Made by a program: the position numbers and the translations under genes. This document shows positions 8,934 to 18,700 of a stretch of 64,000 nucleotides of DNA, one piece after another. Each line of letters starts with the position of its first letter. Position 1 is the stretch's first letter. The notes under the pieces are model-generated. The model was not told where the DNA came from. It ran no database searches and was given only the letters and a program-made list of their open reading frames with translations. Source of the DNA: a virus. The stretch lies in IMG/VR virus record IMGVR_UViG_3300033146_005439, positions 1-64,000 of that record, one strand, 5' to 3'.

Positions 8934-9922
8934 AAATAAGCCTCCTTAGAAATAACTTCTTCAGTTTTAGGCCCAAAACCTAAATGAGTAACTTCAGGTA
9001 ATTTAGTTAATAAAGTATTTAAAGCTTCTTTATTTAAATAATTACAAAAATTCAAAAAAACATAATCTGGTTTTAAATCTCTTAAAGCATCTTTATATTG
9101 CCAAAAAGAAAAAGAAGCTACACGTCTAACACGTTTAGTATTAGTTGTATATTCAGTAGCTAATTTTAAATCTTCCCAAGAAGTTTCTACGCTGTCATCA
9201 TAAAAAGAACCTGAATAACCATTAGGTAAATTACCTACTCGTATAGGATAGGTTCTAATAGTCATAAAAACATTTCCTAAATAAGCTGGATGTAAGTCAC
9301 ATTCATTCAAAGCTCCTTGTACTGTAATATTTCTACTCGTACAATAAGGATAAAATTTAGAATTCAATGATAAACTATAACCTTGAGGTACTTCTAAAAA
9401 AGCAGTAAGACCTTTTTCTAAAGAAGTAGCTAAATCAAAATCTTGTATAAATTCTTGAAGTTCTTTTATGTCTTTAGCCACTTTAGCTGTTCTATTAATC
9501 TTACGAGCCAAAGCAGAACCTACCCCATTTTGTGTAGAAGAAATTTTTTGTATAGGACCTTTTTTTTCAAATAATATATCTTCATCACTTATAATTGTTG
9601 CATTTTTATGTATATACAAACGTTCTTTATCAATTTTATATAAATCTAGTTCTTTTAATAATATACTTGGATTAATAATAGATCCTGAAGGTAAATAAAT
9701 AAAAGAGTCGGGATTAATAATAGCTGAAACAGGTAGTTGTTTTACTACACATTTTTCACCATATAAATAGAAAGTGTGCCCTGCATTAGGCCCTGAAATA
9801 GAAACAGCAATATCTATAGTATAATGCTTACTTAAATAAGCAGCAAATAAACCTTTACCTGTAGAACCAAACTGACCATCAATTAAAATATTTAATTTTC
9901 CTTTTTTAAACAATGTATTCAC
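8927..9922 (-). CDS. purZ: N6-succino-2-amino-2'-deoxyadenylate synthase PurZ (PurA paralogue)
   Basis: QFGSTGKG (Ser where PurA has the catalytic Asp of GDEGKG), PNAGHT, QGYSLSLN-FYPYCTSR, PIRVG, TTNTKRVRRV, PDYVFLNFCNYL (PurA: TKLD), LGFGP. Short 331-aa form. Confidence 0.9.
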   Translation of the reverse strand: MNTLFKKGKLNILIDGQFGSTGKGLFAAYLSKHYTIDIAVSISGPNAGHTFYLYGEKCVVKQLPVSAIINPDSFIYLPSGSIINPSILLKELDLYKIDKERLYIHKNATIISDEDILFEKKGPIQKISSTQNGVGSALARKINRTAKVAKDIKELQEFIQDFDLATSLEKGLTAFLEVPQGYSLSLNSKFYPYCTSRNITVQGALNECDLHPAYLGNVFMTIRTYPIRVGNLPNGYSGSFYDDSVETSWEDLKLATEYTTNTKRVRRVASFSFWQYKDALRDLKPDYVFLNFCNYLNKEALNTLLTKLPEVTHLGFGPKTEEVISKEAYLC

Positions 9923-10595
9923 CTATAAACTCATTTAAAATGTCGAGCTCTTTTAAAGATCTAGGATATTTTCTGCCTAAAACAATAAAATCTCCTCCGG
10001 CACGTAAAACCTCAGAAAAAGTTCCTACATGAACTTGATTTTTATAATCAGCAAGCTGCTTCTTATCTAATACTACTCCTGGAGTTAAAGTCTTTAAATT
10101 AAAACGTTTAGCTAAATAAATATAACTACTGGGAATAACAACACCAAAAGATACTTTATGTTTAGTATTAAAACTAGCTATAGTTGCACACATTAAAGTA
10201 TAAATATAAGATATTCTTTCAGTATCTAACATACCAGAAGAACTCAACATAGATACAAAAAATAAAAAAATACCATGCTCTTTGGCAGCTTTATAAGCAG
10301 CCTCTACAGAAGTTTCATTAAAATTAGCATAAGTTATAGTTAAATATTTAGTCTTACCTGAAAGTTCTCTAATATAATTAGTAATAGTTTCAGGAGTATC
10401 GTAAAGTTTTAAATCTAAAAATAAATCGACTTTATATTTTTCAGCCAAATTTACTATGTATGTATGTTCAAAACGATGCCATAAACTATTTAATTTAATA
10501 GAATGCACTCTACCAGAACTTTGCTTAAAATAGTACTCTAGACCTTGAGGACTTTGACAAATATCTATAGCTCTAACAATAATATTCATTACCAA
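9906..10595 (-). CDS. pyrF: orotidine-5'-phosphate decarboxylase-like protein
   Basis: FLDLKLYDTPET (DxKxxDxxxT), IKL, LTPGV, GGDFIVLGR. Divergent. Confidence 0.75.
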   Translation of the reverse strand: MVMNIIVRAIDICQSPQGLEYYFKQSSGRVHSIKLNSLWHRFEHTYIVNLAEKYKVDLFLDLKLYDTPETITNYIRELSGKTKYLTITYANFNETSVEAAYKAAKEHGIFLFFVSMLSSSGMLDTERISYIYTLMCATIASFNTKHKVSFGVVIPSSYIYLAKRFNLKTLTPGVVLDKKQLADYKNQVHVGTFSEVLRAGGDFIVLGRKYPRSLKELDILNEFIGEYIV

Positions 10596-10801
10596 ACCTG
10601 TCTTGTAGTAGTAGGATCTAAAACAAAAGATTGTCTTCTAGAAACTTGTTTAACATGTGTATTATATAAAATATCTACCCCATGATTATATTCTATAATA
10701 TCACTAGTAACAGTTATATTGGATATCACTTTTAAATCAACACCAATAAGCTTCTTTAACAAAAATATTCTTAACTTAAATAAGTATTTAGTAAACATCA
10801 T
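10589..10801 (-). CDS. hypothetical protein
   Basis: 70 aa; overlaps both neighbours. Confidence 0.55.
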   Translation of the reverse strand: MMFTKYLFKLRIFLLKKLIGVDLKVISNITVTSDIIEYNHGVDILYNTHVKQVSRRQSFVLDPTTTRQVW

Positions 10802-11229
10802 AGACTCCTTATAACATCACTTACTAACTTCCCATCAACAGAAGAACCAAAATGTTTCTTAACTATACCTATAGCCTGCATTTTATTTTTTAATTTTGAA
10901 AAATCTATAGTATTAATATAATCTTTTAATTCTTCTTCAGAAATTTGTGTAGGCATATAAGAAGTAGCAACTAACTTAAGAGTACTTTGTGCAGACTTAG
11001 TTAATTCTGCTGTCTTATCTTCAGCTTTAATGATACCAGTTAAAACCATAATAACTTGTTCATCTGTAGGAATACCAATCACATAAGATTTACCAATCTT
11101 AGTTCCTTTTAAACGAGCTAATTCTCCCATTATAACTTTTAAATCATTAGCTAAATCAGTATTACCTTCTTTACGTGCCTTATTTAAGTCGTTCTTAATT
11201 CTATCATAAGTAAGCATAATAAACTCCAA
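10798..11229 (-). CDS. GatB/YqeY domain protein
   Basis: IKNDLNKARKEG, TDEQVI, YMPTQISEEEL, VDGKLVSDVIR. Confidence 0.85.
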   Translation of the reverse strand: MEFIMLTYDRIKNDLNKARKEGNTDLANDLKVIMGELARLKGTKIGKSYVIGIPTDEQVIMVLTGIIKAEDKTAELTKSAQSTLKLVATSYMPTQISEEELKDYINTIDFSKLKNKMQAIGIVKKHFGSSVDGKLVSDVIRSL

Positions 11230-11232
11230 AAG

Positions 11233-11805
11233 TTAAGTCCATAAATACATTCTAATATGCATTAAACGTTTTAAATTATAAGTATCTTCTAAATCCCAAA
11301 AAGTTTCTAATCTATTTAATTCTTTATAAATTTTTAAATTTTTATCTGTTGATTCTAACCAATGCACATCATCGGTAGCTTCATATAAAAAGTCGATAAT
11401 TAAATCTCGTTTAGGTCTTTCATTTTTCCACCACCAATATAAATCTTCAATTTCAGAAGCTACACAAGCATGATATTTATCAGAATCCCAATTAATAGTT
11501 TCAAAACATTCTTCTTGTTCAACAAATCTTTCTAAAAACTTAAAATTCACATGTAACATCAATTCTGGTATATCATAATATTGTGTAGGATCAAGCCCTG
11601 TGGGACACTTACTATAATTATACTTAGGAATATACTTATGCTTAAATTCCCATAATTTTTGTTCAAAATAAAACTTTTTATAACTAAAATATTTTGGAAT
11701 TGTTTCTTTAAAAAAATATTGTATTTTATGATTCCGTTTATTATAAACATCTATCTCATGAAATTCCTGAAGTGTTCCAACTTTAGGGGTTTTTTTATAA
11801 ACCAT
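11233..11805 (-). CDS. phage hypothetical protein
   Basis: 190 aa; LYWWWK...RP and a C-terminal RMYLWT. Confidence 0.7.
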   Translation of the reverse strand: MVYKKTPKVGTLQEFHEIDVYNKRNHKIQYFFKETIPKYFSYKKFYFEQKLWEFKHKYIPKYNYSKCPTGLDPTQYYDIPELMLHVNFKFLERFVEQEECFETINWDSDKYHACVASEIEDLYWWWKNERPKRDLIIDFLYEATDDVHWLESTDKNLKIYKELNRLETFWDLEDTYNLKRLMHIRMYLWT

Positions 11806-11819
11806 AATTTCCTAAACTC

Positions 11820-12065
11820 CTAGTTTTTATGTAACTTTTTATGACAATCTTCACATAAAGTTATAAGATTCTTCATTGGCTCATTATAAGGATACTTTTT
11901 TGTATATTTAGAATGATGCACACATAAAGTTTTATCAGTAGCCCCACAAGTTCTACATGCCCATTTATCTCTTTTAAATACTAATAATCTTTTCTTTTGC
12001 CATTTAGGATGCTTAAGAGCTCTAGCATATTCCGCTTTAGTTAATCTTTTATATTTTCTAGTCAT
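11820..12065 (-). CDS. small HNH endonuclease
   Basis: RDKWACRTC...VHH...NLITLCEDCHKKLH. Confidence 0.9.
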   Translation of the reverse strand: MTRKYKRLTKAEYARALKHPKWQKKRLLVFKRDKWACRTCGATDKTLCVHHSKYTKKYPYNEPMKNLITLCEDCHKKLHKN

Positions 12066-12082
12066 AATGTATCCTTAAAAAT

Positions 12083-12170
12083 AGAGGGTTAGATGTAGCT
12101 TCGTATTATCAGCCTCGGGTAGACATCACGGCCAGGTTCAAATGGTAGCATCTAGTTTCCCTATCCCTCT
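12083..12170. ncRNA. candidate structured RNA element (unclassified)
   Basis: 88-nt intergenic segment, 42 of 88 bases G+C, closed by AGAGGG/CCCTCT with inner TAGATG/CATCTA or GGGTAGAC/GTTTCCC pairings. Confidence 0.35.
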
Positions 12171-12175
12171 TAGCA

Positions 12176-14560
12176 TTAACCACACCTACTATAAGAACAA
12201 TTAATACATTTTATGCAACCCTCACTAAATATTAAAGACTCTTCTCCACAAGAAGGGCATTTATTTTCTCCAGCTTTTAAATTATAAGTTCCTATATATT
12301 TAGAAAGCACCCTAGAAATAGCTGTAGAAAAAGCAGTAATATTACCGTTACTCTTCTTTAATTGCTCTACTATATAACGTGGGAGAACACCATGCCTTAA
12401 ACCTAAACTTAAAAGTCTTGTCATAGCTTTCTGATCATCATCCATTAAAATACCAGCTAAATCTTTATACACAACAGGTGATCTACGAATAACTACTTCT
12501 AATTCATATTTTCCTCCACCTTGTTTACGTACTATACCATTCTTACAAGATTTTGGCAAGTATAAATCTTCAGTTGAACCACAAAAAATTTCATAAGGTT
12601 TATCATCTAATAAACCAATCAATACCGTCCACATTTCACCTTTAATAGAAGTATGTATAATATCACAAGGTATTTCTTTAGGTCTTTTAGGAGCACAATT
12701 AGGTATAATAGAAACAGGCCTATTATCATCAGCACATACTTTATCCGAACTTTTAGATAAAACAGATCCTATAATATCATTAGGTCTATACGTGGTGCAC
12801 CCTTTAAGACCTAATCTATGTGCTCTAATAAAAATATCTTTATATTCTTCAAAAGAATAATCTACAGGTACATTAATAGTTTTACTAATAGAAGCACAAA
12901 TATACTTTTGAAAAGCAGCTTGCATATTTAAATGAGCATTTACAGATAAATTATCAGTTGTTTCAAAATAATCAGGCACCTCAGAATCTTCACCAAACAT
13001 ATTTGTATAAAGTTCCCAAGAATAAGTTCTAACCGCTTCAACAGTTGTCTCTTCACTGGAACGTTTAACCTTTCTATCATATTCTATAGAAAAAATAGGT
13101 TCAACACCTCCAGATACATTATCCATTACAAGACTGGTAGTACCTGTAGGAGCTATAGTAAGATATCTACTATTACGTACCCCATGTTTAAGTATTGCCA
13201 TTTTTAATTCTTCAGGTAAATCTGATAAAAAAGGACTTTCTACAAATTGAGTTTTCTGAATAGCATCAAAAGTATCCCATTCTTTAAAAGGCCCTAAAAA
13301 TTTAGATAATTCATTACCTACAGCATAAGCTTCATTACGCATAACTTTAGCAATTTCCTCTGCTAAATCTACTGCCTCTAAAGAAGAGTATTTTAATTTA
13401 AGCATAGCAAACATATCACCAAGACCAGTTAAACCTAAACCTATTAAACGTTTTTGTCTAACTATTTCAGCTTGTTCTTTTAAAGGATAATAATTTTTAT
13501 CCAAAATTCTATCTAAAGCGGCCACCATAAAACGCACTACTTTTTTAAACCTTAAAAAATCAAAAGAAGCTTTTTTTGTAAAAGGATTATCTACAAACTG
13601 AGTTAAATTAATAGAACCTAAATTACAAGAAGCATGTGGTATAAGAGGTTCTTCACCACAAGGATTTGTAGCCAAAATATATTCAGACATCCATAAAGTA
13701 TTATAACGATTAATAGTATCTTCAAATAAAATTCCTGGTTCAGCAAAATCATAATTAGAACGAATAATAAGATCCCATAGTTCTCTAGCAGGTAAAGTTT
13801 CATAAACTTCTACAGGATATCCTTTATCTAACCAAGCCTTTATATTACCGTCCCATTCAATGTCATATTGCTCAAAAGAAGTATCTGGAAAAATCAAATC
13901 CCAATCCTTATCTTGTTTTAAAGCTTCTATAAAAGCATCAGAAATATAAACACTTAAATTAAAATTTTTATAAGGTTTATATTTATCAGGTAATTTATCG
14001 CCCTCTCTTTTACAAATAATAAAATCTTTAATTTCAGGATGCCATACACCTAATACTCCAATCTGAGCTCCGCGCCTATTTCCACCAGCTTCTATAGTAC
14101 CACAAGTAGTATCAAAAATACTCATAAAAGATAATACACCTGTAGATCTAGAACCAGTTGACTTTATTACAGAATTCTTAGGTCTTAAAATACTAAAAGA
14201 ATAACCTATACCACCACCAGCTTTCATCACAATAGCTGCTTGAGACACAGCATTCATAATAGATACCATAGAATCTTTTTTAATAGGCAGAACAAAACAA
14301 TTAGATAAAGTTTGGTTCTTTTTATTTGTGCCTAAAGCATACAAACCTCTTCCCGCAGTTAAAGCCAAATGATTACTAAAAATGTCATAATAAGTATCTT
14401 TATAATCATCACCTAATATATTTTTATATGCATTGTCCTCTTCATCAGAAATATTATCAAAAATACCAACCACAATACGCTTATAAAAATCTTCTTCCGA
14501 TTCTTCATTATTTCTATATTTCAACTCCCATATATCTCTACTAAATGCTGTTTTTATCAT
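12176..14560 (-). CDS. nrdJ: class II (adenosylcobalamin-dependent) ribonucleotide reductase
   Basis: SNCFV, GGGIG, RRGA, NPCGE, CNLGSINL, TIAPTGTTS, ISKTIN, GLKGCTTYR; C-terminal domain ends CPSC...CINC. No NrdB nearby. Confidence 0.92.
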   Translation of the reverse strand: MIKTAFSRDIWELKYRNNEESEEDFYKRIVVGIFDNISDEEDNAYKNILGDDYKDTYYDIFSNHLALTAGRGLYALGTNKKNQTLSNCFVLPIKKDSMVSIMNAVSQAAIVMKAGGGIGYSFSILRPKNSVIKSTGSRSTGVLSFMSIFDTTCGTIEAGGNRRGAQIGVLGVWHPEIKDFIICKREGDKLPDKYKPYKNFNLSVYISDAFIEALKQDKDWDLIFPDTSFEQYDIEWDGNIKAWLDKGYPVEVYETLPARELWDLIIRSNYDFAEPGILFEDTINRYNTLWMSEYILATNPCGEEPLIPHASCNLGSINLTQFVDNPFTKKASFDFLRFKKVVRFMVAALDRILDKNYYPLKEQAEIVRQKRLIGLGLTGLGDMFAMLKLKYSSLEAVDLAEEIAKVMRNEAYAVGNELSKFLGPFKEWDTFDAIQKTQFVESPFLSDLPEELKMAILKHGVRNSRYLTIAPTGTTSLVMDNVSGGVEPIFSIEYDRKVKRSSEETTVEAVRTYSWELYTNMFGEDSEVPDYFETTDNLSVNAHLNMQAAFQKYICASISKTINVPVDYSFEEYKDIFIRAHRLGLKGCTTYRPNDIIGSVLSKSSDKVCADDNRPVSIIPNCAPKRPKEIPCDIIHTSIKGEMWTVLIGLLDDKPYEIFCGSTEDLYLPKSCKNGIVRKQGGGKYELEVVIRRSPVVYKDLAGILMDDDQKAMTRLLSLGLRHGVLPRYIVEQLKKSNGNITAFSTAISRVLSKYIGTYNLKAGENKCPSCGEESLIFSEGCIKCINCSYSRCG

Positions 14561-14674
14561 CAGATGCTCCTTTACACTTTATTTAACATACGCATAGCTA
14601 CTTGATAAGACCACCAATCCTTAATATTAAGTAGTGTTTGTATAATTAATTGTTTTTCACTAAGTTTCTGCATA

Positions 14675-15115
14675 TTAAACTACTCCTGTTGAACCAAGAC
14701 CACCTCTATCTTTATTACCCAAAGTATGTACTATTTCAAAATATAAAGTTGGTTGTTTTTTATTTATTCTAAATTGACAAATACGTTCATTAAATCTTAT
14801 TAACGTATCTTTTAAAGCTATAGCTGGAAAATATAAAATATCATTATCCCCATTATAACTTTCATCAATTACTCCAAAATGATTAGCCTGTATAATACTA
14901 AAATTCTTATAAGTACTACTACGAGGCACTATATTCATTTCAAAACCAGGAGGTAACTCTACCGATAAACCTAAGGAAATCAATTTAAAATCACCAGCTT
15001 TTAATTCTACAGTTTCTGCAGCTCTTAAATCTATCCAATCACCTTGGTCTAAACGTTGAGGCAAAATTAAATCATCTACATGGGGTTTAATACGTATAAA
15101 ATAATTAGCAAGCAT
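14675..15115 (-). CDS. dut: trimeric dUTPase
   Basis: [32 protein letters not shown]. Start placed after GGAGG at 15129-15125. Confidence 0.93.
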   Translation of the reverse strand: MLANYFIRIKPHVDDLILPQRLDQGDWIDLRAAETVELKAGDFKLISLGLSVELPPGFEMNIVPRSSTYKNFSIIQANHFGVIDESYNGDNDILYFPAIALKDTLIRFNERICQFRINKKQPTLYFEIVHTLGNKDRGGLGSTGVV

Positions 15116-15119
15116 CACT

Positions 15120-15353
15120 CTATTCCTCCACAATCTCATCAATATACAATCTTTTTTGATCTACCTTACAACCTAAAATAACATAGGCACTTACTTTTTT
15201 ATATTCATTTTCTACTTCAGAAGAATAGTAAAATAAAGCACACCAATTACCACATAAAGAATTTTCATTATATGGACATTGACTATTAATATAAATAGGT
15301 TTCTTTGATTGCATTGATTCAAATGCTTTTCCTACATTTTTAAAAACTTTCAT
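15120..15353 (-). CDS. hypothetical Cys-rich protein
   Basis: 77 aa; CPY...CGNWCALF...GC. Confidence 0.65.
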   Translation of the reverse strand: MKVFKNVGKAFESMQSKKPIYINSQCPYNENSLCGNWCALFYYSSEVENEYKKVSAYVILGCKVDQKRLYIDEIVEE

Positions 15354-15362
15354 ATAAACCCC

Positions 15363-15725
15363 CTAATTATTTTTTATAATATAATGTGGTATAAATTCAA
15401 TAATCTTATCTTCAATAAGCACTCTAAAACTTACAGTAGCTATAGGTTGCTTTTCCAATTTAAAAAGTTCATTCGAGTGTAACATAATAAAACCTTTTTG
15501 TAAAGTAAACTCTATAGGAAAAAATTCCAAGCTTTCAATTTCTAATAAAATATCTTCAGGATATTCTAAAAAAATTCCTGTGAAAATAGTATCTTGCTTT
15601 ACATTAACCAAATGATTATTATTAAATAAAATTAATAAAGAATCATCTGCTAAATCGTACATAACATCTTCCGAATAAACATTTACCAAAACAGGTATAT
15701 CATTTTTTACAACATACATAATCAT
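15363..15725 (-). CDS. hypothetical protein
   Basis: 120 aa; start overlaps the polymerase stop. Confidence 0.6.
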   Translation of the reverse strand: MIMYVVKNDIPVLVNVYSEDVMYDLADDSLLILFNNNHLVNVKQDTIFTGIFLEYPEDILLEIESLEFFPIEFTLQKGFIMLHSNELFKLEKQPIATVSFRVLIEDKIIEFIPHYIIKNN

Positions 15726-18700
15726 TACTCCTGAAATGCTTTACATTTAGAACAAATTAATTTAGAACCATAATGATCATCTGGTACAAATTCCATAACG
15801 TTATGGCCACATTCCTCACCATCAATTTCATTACTACATTCACCTTTAAGCCAACAAGGACCAATGACAGCATCAGTATACATAGGCATTTGTTTAAAAT
15901 ACATATTAAAACCTTCATCTACAGAAGATGTTACAATTTTAGCTACTTCATCTACTTTATCTTTAGGGCATTCTACAACAATTTCATCATGAACACTTAA
16001 CACCAACTTAGCTTCATAAGGCAATTTTGCTAACTTATCCACACAAATAATCATGGCCTTCTTAATTGTGTCTGCATCACTGTTATGGACTATGATTCCA
16101 TTAGCTGTGAAATAATGTATTTTATCGCAAATTAAATCATATGTAGGCTCAACACCCTTGTAATCTAAGCTCACAACCTTTACAAAATCATAATCTAAAA
16201 ATGAAGACAAAAACTCTTTGGCCTTACCCTCAGGTAATTTTTCATAGAATTTTCTCCAACTTAAAAAAGAACACTTACCCAACTTAAATCTTCTTAACTG
16301 TGCCTTCTCATTAGATGTAAAATCAGTAAAATAAGTAGCAGTCTTCCTAAGTTCCCTTTCTATAAGTTTTGGTATAAACGAAGGAACTATACTACCATCA
16401 CCCGTTTTATAATTATACTTATTTGTCTCTAAAGCTTTATTTTTATAATCAACAGAAAAACCTATTAATTCTTTAAATACAGCATTATATCTTTTATGAA
16501 TCTGTAAACGATAAGTAGTTAAACTATTATCATTTTTATATTCTTTTAAGTTAGAATTAATACCTAAAGAAAATAATAAGTTTTGTACACCTGATGCTAA
16601 TTTTTTAGAAACAGTTGTATAAGAAGGACCACTATTTTTTGTAACACCACCATCTGTAGAAAACAAGCCATTCAATAAAGCACCTTTATTCTCTAAACTC
16701 TCAGTATAAAAATACTCTGGAATACTTTTATCTTTATGTATCACATAATCTAGGCCTATATGTTTTAAAAAACCTCTTATAACAACAGAGTATATATTAT
16801 AAGTTGGTAAATCTTCTCTGATTTCATCGTCCCTATGCTGTACACCTAACCTTACACTATACCCAAAAAGTTCTTCTATAAAAGCACAAAACTTGTCTGC
16901 CAACTCTCTTTGTTGTTTAGGACATACAAATCTGATCTGGTTATGCTGGTTATAACTACCATCTCCAATTAAACAACCTATAACAAAAGCTAATTTAGGG
17001 TTCATAGTAGCTGGGTAACTATATTCCTTATATGTTTCTCTCCAATGGCCCTTCTCATATTTATACCCAGATATATCTGTAGTTATACCATTTATAGGGG
17101 TCAAAGGCACCAACAAAAAATCCTCCTTTACATCTATATCTTTTACAACCTTATCCAACAATACTCCAGAATTATTACTTACAACTGGGATTTTATGATT
17201 TAAAGTGATGCCTAAAACTGAGCCATTAGACAACTTTAAATCATAAACTTCTTTTTTACCGGAATATACACCTAGGGCTGAGTCTAAACCAAAGCCTGTT
17301 TCCAATGTAACCTTTCTATCTATATAATTACCAATGTAACCTAACCCGTTTATATTACTATCAAAAACCAAACACCCTTGAATACGATGGTTTTTAGCCT
17401 TACGTTTAACTGCACCAACCACTTTTTTACGCATAGGGTCCGAATAATCAGGTATCTTATAAAAACGTCTTCTACCAGTAATAGTAGTACTACTATGTTC
17501 TTTAATAGCATTATTAGCTGATTCTTCTAACCAAGCAGCTAGTTTAGAATTAACCTTAAAATAACTATTAATAAGTTTTTGTGCTTCATCCTTAGATATA
17601 CCTAACCTTTTACCTAAACCTGTCGCAGAAATACCATAAGCTAAACCAAAAGAAATAGCTTTACTGGCTGTTCTCTGAGGTTTTTTTACTTCTTTATAAT
17701 CTACCTCAAAAATCCTTGAAGCATTAACTGTATGTAAGTCTAAATTATTATGATGAGTTTCAATAAAGTTTGGCTCTCCTGACATATCCCCCATAATAGC
17801 TAATTCTGCAGAATTTTGATCTACAGTAACTAAAGCCTTATCCTCACCAGCAATAAAACAACTTCTAAATTTTTGTTTAGCAGGTATATTCTGTAAATTA
17901 GGATTATTAGAACTCATTCTACCTGTAGAAACCATTTGTTTAAATTGAGTATGAAGTCGTCCTGTCTTTTCATGAATACGTTCTACAACAGCTTCACCAT
18001 AAGTAGTATACAATTTATATAATTTTCTATATTTTAAAATATCATCTATAACAGGATGGCCCGCATATCTTTTTAAAGCAGCTGCATCTGTTTTTTCTAA
18101 ACTTAAACCTAATTTGGTTAAAGCATCTAAAAGTTGTGCTGGACTATCTATATTAATAGACGCTACACCAAAAAGAGTTGTTTGATCTTGAGTTTTAGAT
18201 AAACGATTTTCTATATTAACTTTTAAAGCCTCACCCTCTTTCTCGGCCTCCTGCATAATAATGCGCCATTTTTCTATATCTAAAGTAATACCATTAAGTT
18301 CCATTTCAGCTAAAGGTTTAGTAAACTGCATTTCTAATTCAACAGCTTCATGTAAATTATATTCAGAAACTTTCTGTAATTGCATATTACGTATTATATC
18401 TAAAGTACAAACATCTGTAGCAGCATAAGATAACTGACTTTCTGTAAATTCTTGATAATAATCTTGAAAAGTACCTCTTGGTTCTTTATCCATTTCCATA
18501 TTTAAGTATTGTCTAACTAAAGCAGCTAAACTAAAACCTCGTTGTTTTACACCTAAATTTAACAATTGTTCTACCAACATAGTATCATAAATATTCTCAA
18601 TGTAGTAACCAAACTGAGCTTTTAATACTTTCATATCATAGTTACAATTCTGTAATATTTTTAAAATATTTTTATCTGAAAATAAGTCTTTAAACAAAGA

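Noticed and set aside
8927-9922. Ordinary adenylosuccinate synthetase PurA
   Set aside because: Lacks the catalytic Asp of GDEGKG and the TKLD GTP-specificity motif; the motifs match PurZ.
12125-12150. tRNA suggested by T-loop-like GGTTCAAAT
   Set aside because: The flanks do not form a 5-bp T-stem, and no cloverleaf or acceptor stem can be built.
12083-12170. Known riboswitch or hammerhead ribozyme
   Set aside because: Only fragments (GGGAAAC, CTGATAA, TCTACC) are present; order and pairing do not fit cobalamin, purine, fluoride or hammerhead consensus.
14561-14674. NrdR boxes upstream of nrdJ
   Set aside because: Only a partial ACACTA half-match; no tandem palindromic boxes.
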